Translations under genes and position numbers: made by a program
Shown: positions 19,985 through 32,954 of the stretch, piece by piece
Numbering within the stretch: the stretch's first letter is position 1
Layout of the letters: each line of letters starts with the position of its first letter
NCBI GenBank assembly: GCA_002269645.1
Contig: NIVC01004417.1
Coordinates: 1 to 46,762, forward strand
Direction: 5' to 3'
DNA from: Macrostomum lignano
Lineage: Eukaryota
DNA length: 46,762 nucleotides
Notes under the pieces: generated by a model
Seen by the model: the letters and a program-made list of their open reading frames with translations, nothing else
Database searches by the model: none
Told to the model about the DNA's origin: nothing

Positions 19985-21370
19985 GTTAGAGTATAGGGCG
20001 CGTCAGATGGTGCGTCGCAGAGCCTGGGAGCGAACGAATTCGGCCGCTCCCTTGGCAGTGCCGGGCGCCCAACGTCGCTCAGCAGGCATCCACGTATCGA
20101 CGGGTTCGGGCCTGATCCCGACTGAACGGGCCCTGCAAGGTGAGGAGCAGGACGTCCTGAACAGGTTGGGGGCAGTAACTCTCGGCCCGGATCACGTGAC
20201 ACGCCAGTGAAGTCGCCGCCGACACAGGATGGTGAACGGGCGCTGCAGCTTGGCCCGATCGTACAGGGCCTCGGTCCCGACGCTCTCGTCAGCTCGAGCA
20301 GGCCTGAGTGCGCCGAGTCCAGCTGCCGCTCTAGAGTAGCCGTCAGCGTCCACGTCTCTGCGTTGTATGCAGGACGGTTTCGACCACTGCTTGCCACAGC
20401 CGAGCCCTCTGGCGGTCAGGCAGCGCTTCGGACTAGAGGACGGCTCGGATTGAACGGAAGGCCACCCAGGCAAGTCCTCTGCGCCGCCTGTGGCGGCGAC
20501 TGATGCGTCTGCGCAGCGGGAAGCCGTCGTCAGCCGAGGGCCGTGTGCCGTCCGAAGCACTCAGTCCAGCAGCAGCACGAAGAGGAAGGGCGCCAGCGTG
20601 TCGCCCCAGAACTCCTGATGAAATATTGTCGAACAGGTCAGACAGGCCGTCAGCCGTCACCACAGCAGTTCGAGTGTCGCAATACAGCGCCATGACAGCG
20701 TCGACTAGCTGCAGGGGTACCAGCAGGTAGGCTCGTAGGACAAAGAGAAGCGCGGCTCTCAACACCGAGTCAAACGCCTTTTAAAAGTCAACAAAGACAA
20801 TGATCAGCGTGCCTGGATAGACTGGAGAATGCGCGCCTCCTCGATAACACGGCGGAGTGCGAGGATCTGTGTCACTGTACGGCGTTGCGGCCGGAATCCG
20901 GAAATCCGTTCTGCTCGTACCGCAGGTACGGGGTCCAGCACCGACTGCAGACGATCGAGCAGCAGCCGAGCCGGTTGAAGAGCTTCTTCGCGGTGCAGGA
21001 CATCAGCGAGATCCCGCGGTGGTCTTCTTTCCGCGTTGTCCCTGCCTTCTTCGGGATCGGCACAATGTGCACGACAGCTAGTCCACTCGGTTGGCGCGGG
21101 GGTGCCGGCGAGCAGTGGTTCATGACGCCTGTGACCTGGGAGGCCACATAGCGGAGCCGCAGCGCCTCGATCAGGACTCGCCTCGCCTCGACCTCGACCG
21201 AGCGCCTTGCCGCCTGATGTTTTCCGAGCGAACCGTCCTCCGTGGTACTGACTGGTCTGGTGCAGAAGTCCTCCTTAGCTGGGAGCGGCGTGTCCAGTGC
21301 AGTGGGAGATCTAGCAAAGCTGGCGCGGGCAGCGGCGACGCGGGCGCATTCACGATGCGCCGGCGCCAAA
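19985..21370 (-). mobile_element. Degenerate non-LTR retrotransposon (RTE-like) reverse transcriptase fragment
   Basis: Broken frames encode IVPIPKK...DHRGISLMSCTAKKLFNRL, PYLRYEQNGF, VDAVMALYCDTRTAVVTADGLSDLFD.ISSGVL, and a C-terminal ALYDRAKLQRPFTIL.RRRL segment; many frameshifts. Confidence 0.85.
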
Positions 21371-22040
21371 GAAGTCGCGCAATTCTAATAGCAATTCTAA
21401 TAGCATTATAATTCTAATTCTAATAGTCAGCAAATCAACATTCGTAATTTGTATGGAATAATTAATAAGTAATAATTGTACTATTAATTCTTTTTTTTCT
21501 TATCAACTTATATCTTTATTACAAATCTTTATATATTACACAGTACTTTAACTCATTGTCCCCCTTTTCCTCCTCTTCTTCTACTCTCTGTTCTTTCACC
21601 CTTGCCTCTGGCGCTTTCAGCCCTCCCTTGCGCACCTAATTTTCTCGTTCATTACACTAAATATTGTACAAATAGCACCAAAAATACTCGCCTCAAGCCC
21701 CAAGAATTGTGAACTTAGCTGACAGTTGTCATAACTCGTAACTGGATATACCGTAATTATTGTTTCAATTGCAAGCAAATGATTACCCGAAATTCTGTTT
21801 TAATTACGCTACTACGGATGCACGAAAATTCGACGACAAACAACTTCGGCGAAAGCAAATTCGGCGACAATCTAGGCCAATTCGGCGACGCAACACGTCT
21901 TTTATAGCTAAGGACAAGTTAAAGCAAATTACATGTAACAAAGGCTTCTTAAAATGCTCGTTAAATTTTTTTAATGTAAAATAATGGCCGCATAAGCTCG
22001 TGTTAAAATAACCTAAAAACTTTGTTGTTAAAATTGGACA

Positions 22041-22067
22041 TCCCGCATTTCCGCGGGACCTCCCTAG
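22041..22067 (+). mobile_element. Helitron-type 3' terminus
   Basis: Hairpin TCCCGC-atttcc-GCGGGA (22041-22058), then a few nt later CTAG (22064-22067) followed by T. The 5' end was not located. Confidence 0.5.
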
Positions 22068-22479
22068 TTGAGAATGTGGTGGTCTGCCTGCAGACGAATA
22101 GCCGGCAGACGAATAGTCCGGTACCCATAATCACTAACCCCGCTATTAGAATTTCATTTTTTGTTTACAGAGACTTATAGTTTTAATAAACATTATAATT
22201 ATAAATTGCAATAGGCTATCAAAGTTCAATGCAATTGCGATATTGCAATATTTTTTAGCTACAGTGAGTTTTTAGAAATATCATAAATGCTAGTTTATTT
22301 AATATATAGTTTTTTATAGAATGTTTTTCTCCTAATATATATCTTTAATTATCATAAAGTTCTTAATGATAAATATTAATAAAGCTCAATGGCATAACTA
22401 GGCCGCTATGGTTTCATTCGTTATATTATTTTATTTAAAAAAAGCAACAACTTATTAGAGATTACAAGTTACAACAAAC

Positions 22480-22640
22480 CATACGTGTTGTCGTAATCTC
22501 CAGGCCAAGTTATCAATAAACTGGGCACCTTCTTGGCATTGCAGACACATTTGAGCACCCGGTTGGCATCCACACTGCTGTTCATTGGCAAGCAGCCTGT
22601 AGGTGATTAACCAACGAATAGTAGCCAGCATATCAGTTGT
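22480..22640 (-). mobile_element. Possible N-terminal zinc-ribbon fragment of a Merlin/ISXO2-like transposase
   Basis: TIRWLITYRLLANEQQCGCQPGAQMCLQCQEGAQFIDNLAWR resembles the W-L...LL...C.C...M.L......D..AWRC pattern of this family. No DDE core seen. Confidence 0.4.
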
Positions 22641-23550
22641 CATGGTTGCTAGGTCCCTCATCATGAGGTCCAGTTGGCATACCTCTGCAGGGCCCAGGGG
22701 GACGCAAATTGCCTTTTGGAATGATTTTCGTAGGAGCTGGTGGTCATCCAGCCATTTCTTCGTGTGCTGGAACAAATTTGAAACAAGAAATAATATAACA
22801 AACAAAACCATAGTTATGCCAGCTAAATGACAATTAGTCTATTAATATATTTTAAACACTGAGGTGGAAAAGTATATATAATTTATATAAACTACCCAAT
22901 ATTATTAAAATAGCTACCTATAAGCAGAAAGAAGTTAGGCCTAGATAGAGTTATTACAAGTTGGATCAAATTTTAGATAGAAAAATTATAGGCCTAAGTG
23001 AGGTAGGCCTTATTTTAGCATTGTTTGTTTCCTAGAAAGTAGTATATTTGAAACTAGACTATTTTGTTTTAATACATATAATATTAGTAATATTGTAAAT
23101 ATTTTAAATATTATAAAATTTTATTTGTTTAAAAGACCAAATCAAGAGGAGTATAAATACACAAGCCGAATAAGAAGGAGAGCAACTTGTGCAACTTGTG
23201 CCTCGCTGGCTTCAAGCTTAAAACTGTTCTAATATATTGCTTGATACTTACTGACTTAGTTATTTTAGAAAGCATCAGAAGCCCCAAGATTGGGAGAGTT
23301 CAACCCGTTCTCAGAGAACAAGACAACCAGATCTAGGATCTGAGAAATCGCCTTTAGGAGGTAGAGATCCTACCACAGGGTAGAAAAGCCCAGACTCAGA
23401 GTCTGAGAAACCCGCCTCAGGGCAGGATACCCAGCAAATAAGCTGTGACCCTCTGATCCCGGGAACGCCTAGGACTGAGAATAATATCTTTAGAGGAGTA
23501 TAGGAATAGGATAGACAGTGCCTAAAAAGACCGCTCAGGCCAGAAAGTAC

Positions 23551-23670
23551 AATAGAAGTACAGACGCTACCAGTAAAAGTATATACGTTACCAATAGAAG
23601 TACAGACGCTACCAGTAAAAGTATATACGTTACCAATAGAAGTACAGACGCTACCAATAGAAGTACATAC
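23551..23670. repeat. 42-bp tandem repeat, about 2.5-3 copies
   Basis: AATAGAAGTACAGACGCTACC starts at 23551, 23593 and 23635. Confidence 0.9.
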
Positions 23671-24864
23671 CCTACTAGTAAAAGGCAAGTAATAACCAGC
23701 AATATTAACAAGAAGGAATAACCCCTGCAACAGCTTGGTGGCAGCAAGTAAGGCTAAACAAAAGAATAAATAAGCCCTGGGACAGCTTTTGGTAACAGCA
23801 GTGGGATATTATTAAGAAGGAAGAATCACCCTTGTTATAGCTTTTGGTGGCATTTAGTGGGATTCTCAGTACACAGGAAACATCCACTAGTACAACTTTG
23901 GTGTCAGCGGTTGAAATTGTATAGAGAGACGGAGTCCTACGACATAAGCTAGATTAAAGTTGGATCAAAGTTGTGTTTACATTAGATTGAGTTATTAAAA
24001 GCATCATAGGCAGCAATAGGCTTAGTATAAAGAGAAAGAAATAAAGTACTAGGGCCTTCTGGTAAGACTAAGTACCGCTGTTAGTAGCAATAGCAATTGG
24101 TAGTAGGGCCTTCTGGCAAGACAGAGTATAGGCAACAACAGCAATTGGTTCCAAGGCTTTCTAGTAAGATGCAGTGCTATTGTCACTAAGTGGTATGAAC
24201 TTCAAAGGCTGCAATGGCTTGACTTTTGCCCAAATATTTTTTGCAGGTGGTAGTGACTCTATGCTCATATTAGGCCTATTATGCAAGGGAAGCCATAAGG
24301 GAAGCAACTTTGACTTCTTGGGAAGCCTTATTGTTGGTCAAAAAATCAAATAGTTCTGAAACTATAAACCAATTATGCAATCAAATTGCAGACCTCTATT
24401 CATCTAAAATAAAAGTAATAAGGACAATTAGGGGCACTGCTTATAGTGTATATAGAATCTTAGTAAAATAACTACATACTTCCTAAAGAAATAATTTTTG
24501 CAATTTCATACTTTTGCCATGAGTCATTTGGCTACCACTACCTTGCAATGGCCATATGATAGCTAGTCATTGGAGGTCATATTATAGAGCTGCAAGATAT
24601 ATCAATAAACGAACTATTATGTACCAACTTAATACTTTTATCCTCTTTGAATTAGACAAAAAATATGTGTTTTGGAAATGCACATTTTCTAACATTTTTT
24701 GAAAAAATAGACAATGCAGAAAAGATTATGTAAATTTGAAAAAATGTAAGAAATAGGCCTATGAAAACTAGAAATAACTACTTATAAGACTTCTTATAAT
24801 AGGCCTACTAGATAGGTCTAGCAAAAATGTGATGACATTAAAACATCTAGTATAATATTGACTA

Positions 24865-25545
24865 TCTCTACCTATAAAAATCAAAACTGTGTGTGTGTCT
24901 GTCTGTGTGTGGACAATTTTGATCGCTATGGACTCCCAAACTGCTCAACCAAATGACACCAAACTTTACACCCACCCTAAACTTACTACAGAGAATGTCT
25001 TAGGCTACCTTTTAATTTCCTAAATTTGAGTCTTCCTACCTAAAAGTGCAAAAAACTGCTCAAAATGCGCATTTTTTTCATTAAATCCTCCATAGCACCA
25101 CTCCACTTCTACCGATTCTCTTCAAATTTGACACAGATAATCTTAAACTATTTTGGCACAATCATGTAAAATTTTGAGTCTCAAAGTTAATCCTGAGCAG
25201 TGCTGTGCACTTTTAAAGTTAGGCTGTTTTTTTCAGCGTAGCAACCACCCCAACCTCCGCCTGCCTGCCTCTCTTTCCCAATACCGATCTGGGCCCAGAT
25301 GTGTAAAAGGGTTTCAAAATTGACTAACTTTCAGCTGCCATAAGTTTGCTCCACGTAAAGCGATTGACTTCAAACTTGACACAATTCTTTATTGACCCAT
25401 TCTCTATCTAAATGTAAAGTTTCAACTCTGTAACTCAATCAAAAAAGAAACTGTAAGCATGTGAAGTTTGTCTGCTTTTTCTGTTGTTTGTGCCACTCAC
25501 TCACTCATTGCCCCAGAGCCAGACGAAGGGTCAGGCGATAGGACT
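24865..25545 (+). mobile_element. Probable non-autonomous Helitron/Helentron-type element
   Basis: Starts A|TCTCTACCTATAAAA, followed by a (GT/GTCT)n microsatellite and ACCAAACTTTACAC. Degenerate GC hairpin near 25510-25545, but no clean CTAG end. Confidence 0.4.
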
Positions 25546-26099
25546 GAATGTACATAGCAAATGTACAGTGTTTTGGAATTCTACCCCGAGAGTGGAGAGG
25601 CTATGTTTAGCCATAACAGTTTAGTGAGAAATTCTAACCACTGCCCGCCCTCCCCTCTGTATTGGCAAACTCTGTAGCAGTTTAACACTGGATGGCAATT
25701 GGCAAATCAAGGGAATCCACTATCCAGCATGGTTTGTAAAAGCGAAATATTTATGAAAAGGCGATGCGATGCAATGCAATACAACCCTAGGCACACCATG
25801 GAAATTTTAGGTTTTCTTTTAAAGGTACTGTGTAAATATTAAATGGCCTCCTAAGAAATGCGTATTTCCTTGGTTGTTAGACTGATGCAGACTGCAGTGG
25901 AGCTGAAGATACACAAATTCCTTTCAGGGCTGCAAATTGGCAAGAAAGATGACCTGATCAAAGCATGAGAACAACCATGAGAGTACTACGTCCCACAAAC
26001 TGGCTTTCCAAGCAGGGATGGGCAGACTTTTACCTCAAAGGCCAGATAAAGAATCCAGCTCATAGCTGAGAGCAGATGAAAGTGGAAAGAAAAAGGAAT

Positions 26100-26730
26100 A
26101 GATGATTCAAAGAGAGGAGAGGCGACAGAGGGGATAAAAGTAAAGATAAAAGATTATAGGAGAGATGAGGGGGTGAGGACGATGAGAGAGAGGGGAGAGA
26201 GGAAAAGCGAGAGGAGAGAGTAGAGATGAGAGCAGAGAGCTGCAGATGAGAGGAGAGAGGAGAGAGCAGAGAGGAAATAGGTGAAAGAAGAGATGAAAGA
26301 GTAAAGGGAAGAGAGAAGAGATAAAGATTCTAGAGATCTAAGGTTCTAGAGATGAGAGAGGTGGAAGGAGAGATAAGAGATAATGGAGAGAGGAGAGTGG
26401 AGTGAGAGAAGAGAGGGAGACAGAGTATAGAAAAGGGAAGAGAAGAGAAAAGGAGAAAGGAAAGTAAGGAGTCAAAAGAGGGGAAAGAAAAGAGTACAGA
26501 GGAGAGAGGTTAGAGAACATATAAGACAGAGATGCCAGATTAAAGAGGGGGATGAGAGAGCAGAGACAAGAGTGAACAGATAAAAGATGAGGGAGTAGAG
26601 AGAACAGAGGAGAGGTTACAGAGACGAGAGGAGAGACAAAGGTAGAGAAGTGAGTGAGGAGAGAGGAGAGGAAAGAGGAGAATGGAGAGGGGAGAGAGTA
26701 GAGAGAGAAGGAGAGATAAGAGAGAAAGAC

Positions 26731-26791
<61 letters not shown>

Positions 26792-27180
26792 GCGGAGCAG
26801 AGAGAAATGAGAAGAGATAAAAGATAAAAGAAGAGAAAGGAATGATGAGAGAGCAAAGACGAGAGAGAAAAGAGGTGAGGGAAGAGACGAGAGAAGAGGG
26901 GAGAGATGAGAGAGTAGAGGAGAGGGGGAGAGAGTAGAGAGGAGAGGAGAGAGAAAACGAAAAAGTAGAGAGGAGAAAGGAGAGGAGAGAGAAACAAAGA
27001 GACAAGAGATGAGATAAGAGAGATGAAAGAGAAGAGAGATGAGGGAAGATACGAGAGAAGAGGGGAGAGAGGAGAGACGAGGGACAAGGGACGAGAGAGA
27101 TGAGAGGAAACAAAGAGACAATAGAAATTTTAAAGGATCCAAGGGAAGTAGGGAGAGTCAGGGAGAGACCAGAGTTTAGC
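26100..27180. repeat. ~1.1-kb purine-rich (AG/GAG/AAG) low-complexity tract with a pure (GA)n core at ~26735-26790
   Basis: Almost pyrimidine-free + strand; it explains the Leu/Ser ORFs 26338-27182. Confidence 0.93.
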
Positions 27181-27939
27181 AATATGTTTTAGAGTCAGAC
27201 AGACATTGCCTGACATTCTGCGCAGTACCCCAGCCAACAATGTCTCAAACCCTAATTTTACACGAATGTGCTCCATTTTATGTCTAACTCTATCCTACTA
27301 ACTATTAACAAGTTTTTGTTTGTGTATGGCCTTAGATTTCAGAATACATGCAAAAGTAGTTCTGGGTATTGGAATTCCCTGGGTTCAAAATCCGCGGGTT
27401 TCAACAGCTTGTCTACTACTAAAATTTAGTTAAATATAGCTTATACCTTTTAGTTTTAGTATTGGTTGAATATATGCAGCATAGGAAATGCATATTATTT
27501 CCTTTTCAAGCATAGAAAAATTGCCTTGCAATGTATGCTGCAGAGAATGAGAGAAAAATGGCCCCATCTTCTTTGAAATGGCCCTAACTCTCAATGTTGA
27601 AAGTTGCCAAGTCAATTGTTACATCATAGAGAGATTCAGTTTTATGTAATGTAAGTCACATATAAACTGGTAGCAAGTTGGTTGACTGTAATGTATTTAT
27701 AACCTTTGCAAATATACCATTTTGTAGGCCTAGGAAAATATAGAAAAGGCTTTTGTAGAAAAGGCTTATAAACTGTGATTACAGTGTGTTTAGTCTTTAT
27801 AGTCACACTTGTTTATAAAGATACAAAGTTGAAACTAGGAATTTCATCGCATAGTATAGGATGATACTATGCAATGAAATAGTATAGTATAACCAAAGTA
27901 GCTTTTGCAATGGAAGCAATCCACAAGTAACATCTTGTT

Positions 27940-29150
27940 CTTCTACTTTCTTGACAACCTATTCCAAGCAGAAATGAACTTTGGCAAAAATTTTCCAATG
28001 AAGTGAAGAGAAGTTCTTATCCCAGAAGCAACTGAATTTCCAAATCTGCTTACTTTGTCAAGTATATGAATAAGAGCATGTATGGTATATACGATGAACT
28101 TATCCCAGGCTTTTTTTGCTAACCAAGCCTCGAGCATAATCAGAATAGTTTTAGCTATTCAATTGGCACAACAAATTGAATGCAAGTGTATGCAAGCCAA
28201 TGAAAAGGTTTTACATGGCTTTATGAATATGGTCTTTCAAAACCACTGGAGTGAGATATAAGTCAAGTATGCAAAACTCTATTGCTTTATAGTTACCTAT
28301 GACTGAAAGTGATTGTGCCTTTCAAGAAAAAACTCTGATCTGCTGATGGCAAATGCTGCTTTGGCTACAACTCTGATGGTGATGGCAAATGCTACACATG
28401 GTGGTTGCAACGATTCTTTAATATTATTTTCTTCCAAAGAAGTCATATCTCTTACATTGTGCATGTCTCTCTTGAACTGAATTTTGTTCCCATCCTGGTG
28501 AGAATGAAGTGTCTAGATGAAATTGGAGAGACTGACTTGTTTATCTTCTAGGACACTGTTCTTCATCAGGCCAATCTAGCACTCTGTATGCCTTTCTATA
28601 AATTGTGAACTGCTAGGCAATGGGCATAATACCATAGACAAGAAGGAGTTATAGAATGAATATATTGGTTATGCATTTAGCCAAAGCTAGATATACATAG
28701 GCATTTAGACTATTAGTAGACTCATCAAATGTCAATGCACTTACTTCTAGTTGAACTTCTTGCTCAATCTGTTCAACCCTCTGCCAGAATGGGTAGTGGC
28801 ACATTAATAGTTTTGTTTGCATTGACATTTATTTGTAAAGATTAATTTGTCTCTTGATCTAGAGTTTCAAACTTGGCATAGATGTTTTACATGTTGCTCA
28901 TTACTCTTAAAAGCTTTTTTGGATAATATCCTCAATGCTGATCTACTCTCAATAGCCTGTCAGCTGTTTGAATGCTATTGTTTGCTACTATGCATGCCAT
29001 ATACTATAGCCAGAACTTTTTATCCTATTGTTGCAATTGAAACAACAATTTATTTGGGTTTTTCCCATATTTATAATTGTTTCCTTCTGCCAACAGTTCA
29101 GGAAGACAACAAACAATGGACCTCGATGGTAACTTTCTCTGTGTGATCTC
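27940..29150 (-). mobile_element. Heavily decayed DNA-transposase remnant, most likely hAT
   Basis: Interrupted frames contain ALTFDESTN (hAT DEST-like first Asp), IFIKPCKT..HWLAY (TRWLS-like) and a following helical segment. Many stops. An EnSpm-like reading of VYTIHALIHI cannot be excluded. Confidence 0.4.
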
Positions 29151-32100
29151 TAGAGTCACATTCTCAAACTTCAGGCGAGGATCTTTCCTCTTCAATCAGT
29201 ATATTTTATAAGCTAACAGACTGTATGCCAGCAAGGAGGAATAGGGGAAGAAAGTGGAATGGGGAGGCCCAATAGGAGCCATCAGCCAGAGGAGATTCAT
29301 GCATCACGCGAGGATTGCATGGCTGGGCTTCTTGCTTGCCGATCATCAGGGCTTATTTTTAGGCATGCAGATCTTGTGTATCTGGGGAGTTGCTACCAAG
29401 GCTATATGCTTGTTCACGTATCACGCGCATGTCAGCTGATTTTTCCCATCCTCTTGCTAACGGCGCTTTCATTTTATTTCACAATTGGTTATTTCCTTCA
29501 AGTGAGTCATCTCTTTGACTAAATGACTTTGGCCAAGGCCAATGACAGGAAAGGCCAAGATCCTAATCAGTGTCCTTAGTCAAGTGATGAAAGCATTCTT
29601 TGCTATAGCAACAATAATATACCATGAAAGCAGCCAATAAATCTATGTAAATTGTTAAAATTGAAGTCTAACCATCTAAAAAATGCAAGCTAATAAAAAT
29701 GTCATAAATTTTTAAACCAAATGTCCAGGCAAAAGCACAAAGCAAGTGATTCCTGTCTAAGATGTTGATAGAATCTCCAATAGTGGCATAACTTTCCTAC
29801 CAACAATAGGGTTTTAAAGCACTAGAGTATGATAATAGATAAGGATTGGTGCAACTACTAGGATGCTAGTAGATTTGTAGTACTAGTTGAATCCATTCCT
29901 ATATATATAGGCTAGCCTCTTAGCTGCCTTTTGTGTAGACTCTGAAATAGATGGAAATGGAATAGAATGATGGTCTTAACTTGACCTTCACTCTAGATAA
30001 CCTTTCTGATATATTTAATTCAATTCAATTCTAGCAGTCATCTATGTTTGGAACTTGGAGTGGAGTGGAATGGAACTTGAAATTTGAAGTGACTATCTAG
30101 AGTTCACATTATGTCATCTGGACCCACTTTGACATAGTTTGTTTGGAGGGTGCATCTTTGCCAAATATTTGTTGCATTTTACAAAAGATGTCAGCCTAGT
30201 TCTTTTGTTGTTTCCATAGTAACCAAGTGATAGTACATTTTAAAAATTAACTTTTCTCCATGGTGGCTTAAGAGGGTGGTATGAAAGATATAGGATTTTC
30301 TATCTTATATTAAAGCTAGAAAGATTTTTCATAGACATAACTGTCATGAGCCCTAGAGCCCTAGACTAAAATATCCAACTCAAATAAAGAAATAGGAAAG
30401 AAAAGTGTTGTCAGCAGATTTATGACACAACCCTTGTACATGGTAAAAATGGAGCTTTACCCTCAATTAGGTACTTGTAATTAAAGTATTGTAAGGTTTA
30501 TAGTATAGAATCTATAATATTTTAACAAATTAGCTTGTGGAACACTGCCTTTACTAAATTATACAGTGCATATAGTATACAAAATTAAAGTTCAGTTTTC
30601 ATTCCATGTACAGGTAGGTAGGTCTGAATATCATGACTGTCTGCGATAGGTAGAAAAATATATAAAAGTGTCAGTATCATAGTGATCTTTATATAAAATT
30701 CAGTTTAGTCATGAATTGTTAATCACTTTCATATTTTTATGAGCCAATCTTTATCTTGACACACAAAAAATATATAAGCCCATAAAAGTAAGACAATAAT
30801 TAGGATTCAAAGGTGAAGATGAAGATCCAAAAGATCTGCCAATCATCTCTATTTTTGTATCTTTTTGGTAACTGTTCTAGCAGTTGCATTCATCTTTTGA
30901 ATTTTGAATTTATTCTTTTCTGCCAAAAATAAACAAACATCAGTATATAAAGGATTAATGTTTTTAACCAAATGATAAGGAATTATTCTTTGTACTATTT
31001 ATATTTTGTGCATAAGTCTTCTTTACTGTAATCATTCAAGAGCTTGATCATGTAATAAAAATATTTGTGCTAGTATGTTCTGATTGTTTGCTCTCAACAA
31101 AATTGCCAAAAAGTGTGAAATGTGGGTAAATGTATTCTGAAATGTAGCACAAATGGATACTTTTGCTTGGGTCAATATTTTTTTGTTAAATGAATAAATT
31201 TGAGCAACCATTTTTTGTTTAAAAACCTAGATTTTTAGCTTTCACACTGAACAAAAATGTCTAAAACCAGCCAAATAGCTGCTAATTTTTGACCTATCTG
31301 TAATATTTTGGTCTCAAGTTTAAGAATTTATCATTGCACATATCTCCTTTGCACTGTCATGTTACAAAGTAATATCTACCATTCTAGCAACTGTATTTTA
31401 TATTCCTGGGTTTTAAAATCACCCTACCATTTAAGCCTAGACTACAAGGGCATTGAAAAGCAATGGCATATGCTTAACTAAGGTTGCTTTATAGAAACTG
31501 TTATGCTTTAGATATGGCATAGCCAATATTAAAAATTTGGTAGCAAGCATAGTTGCTAAGGACCCTGTAGTGGGTAATTCTATAAGTAGCAGACATCTTC
31601 ACAGAAAAATATCTCTAGATTATACTTGAATTAAGAGAGCTATTAAAATAGTTTTATAAGAAATATCTATACATAAAAAGTTTAATTATGATTCTAGATT
31701 GGTTTTTAATTGCCAAATAAAGGTTTTATAATGTTTTGCTAAAATTTGCTCACAATATAAGCAAAATTGGATGACTTTGACTAACTATTACTACTTATTA
31801 CTTTTAGCATTTATCCTGAAACTTCAACAATGGAACAATAAAGATCTTTCTATCAAATTTATTAAATATAAAATTATGCTAAAAAAACTAAAATTTCTAA
31901 TTTTAATTATTGAAAAATTAGGAAAAATATCTATTACAACTGGAATGTTATAACTTGAATATTAAAAAATAAAATCTTAGTAAACATAGACTATCTACCT
32001 CCGAAAAATGACAATCTGCCTCTTTGAAACAAGTAATTAATTAAATATTTTAAATCTACAATGTTTTAAATTAATATACTTTATATATTTAATAATATAA

Positions 32101-32954
32101 AAGCAAAACTTTTGAAAATGTGTATCTACTACTTTTCTATGGTTACAATGGGATCTTAATTAATCAAGCTATAGTTAATTTATATAGGAGCAAAATATTC
32201 CCATTTTCTAAATAAACTTTGATTTGCAGGGATAGATTTAGGAGGGGTGGCTACCTACATGTGATTACAAATTAGGTTAGCAAAATCATACTAAGCTCTT
32301 CAATGCACTTGTAAAACAAATGATATTGTGTATACTTTGAATAGTTGGTAAAAATTGTTTTCAAAATGCAAAGAGATACAAGCTTATATATAAAAAGGAT
32401 GCATAATATAGTATAGTTTAGTACCAAGATGCACTTTTGAAATTATATAATATTTTTTAATAGCCTTTTGGTTATAGAATGTTTTAAATTGATTTATTAA
32501 ACTAGTAATTGACTTGCTAGAAAGCATATATAATGACATTGCATAAAATATTTTGCTAAATAGAAGAAATATTATTTGTCAAATTTAATGGAATCCAATT
32601 TCTGCTTGTCACTAATTATTACAGTATATCTTGCAAACAGTTTTTTGTGTATTTTTTTTAGTATATAGATATATGTATCCAAAATTACAACTTAGGTTTT
32701 TCAACTTACCCAAAAATACAAAAACAGACATTTCTCAATTTTTGTCAAAAAAGCTTTTATAAATCATTAAAAGAATATTAATTTTGTGATTTAACCTTGG
32801 TCTGCCACCTGAATTTAGTTGTTGTTTTGTTATAATTATACAACTTATTTGTATAATGACTGTTAGCTATCAAACAACAATTTAATTCCACTTTTTTGCA
32901 GCCTTATTAAATTTGTTATAATAAAAAGTGTGAACTCTTGAATCATTGTTAATC

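Noticed and set aside
26010-26055. CAGGGATGGGCAGACTTTT...AAAGGCCAGAT, resembling a hAT/Charlie-type left end
   Set aside because: No convincing matching right TIR or TSD found, so it is not called as an element.
26338-27182. Leu/Ser-rich ORFs of 190-250 aa that look like membrane proteins
   Set aside because: Reverse translation of the AG-rich low-complexity tract.
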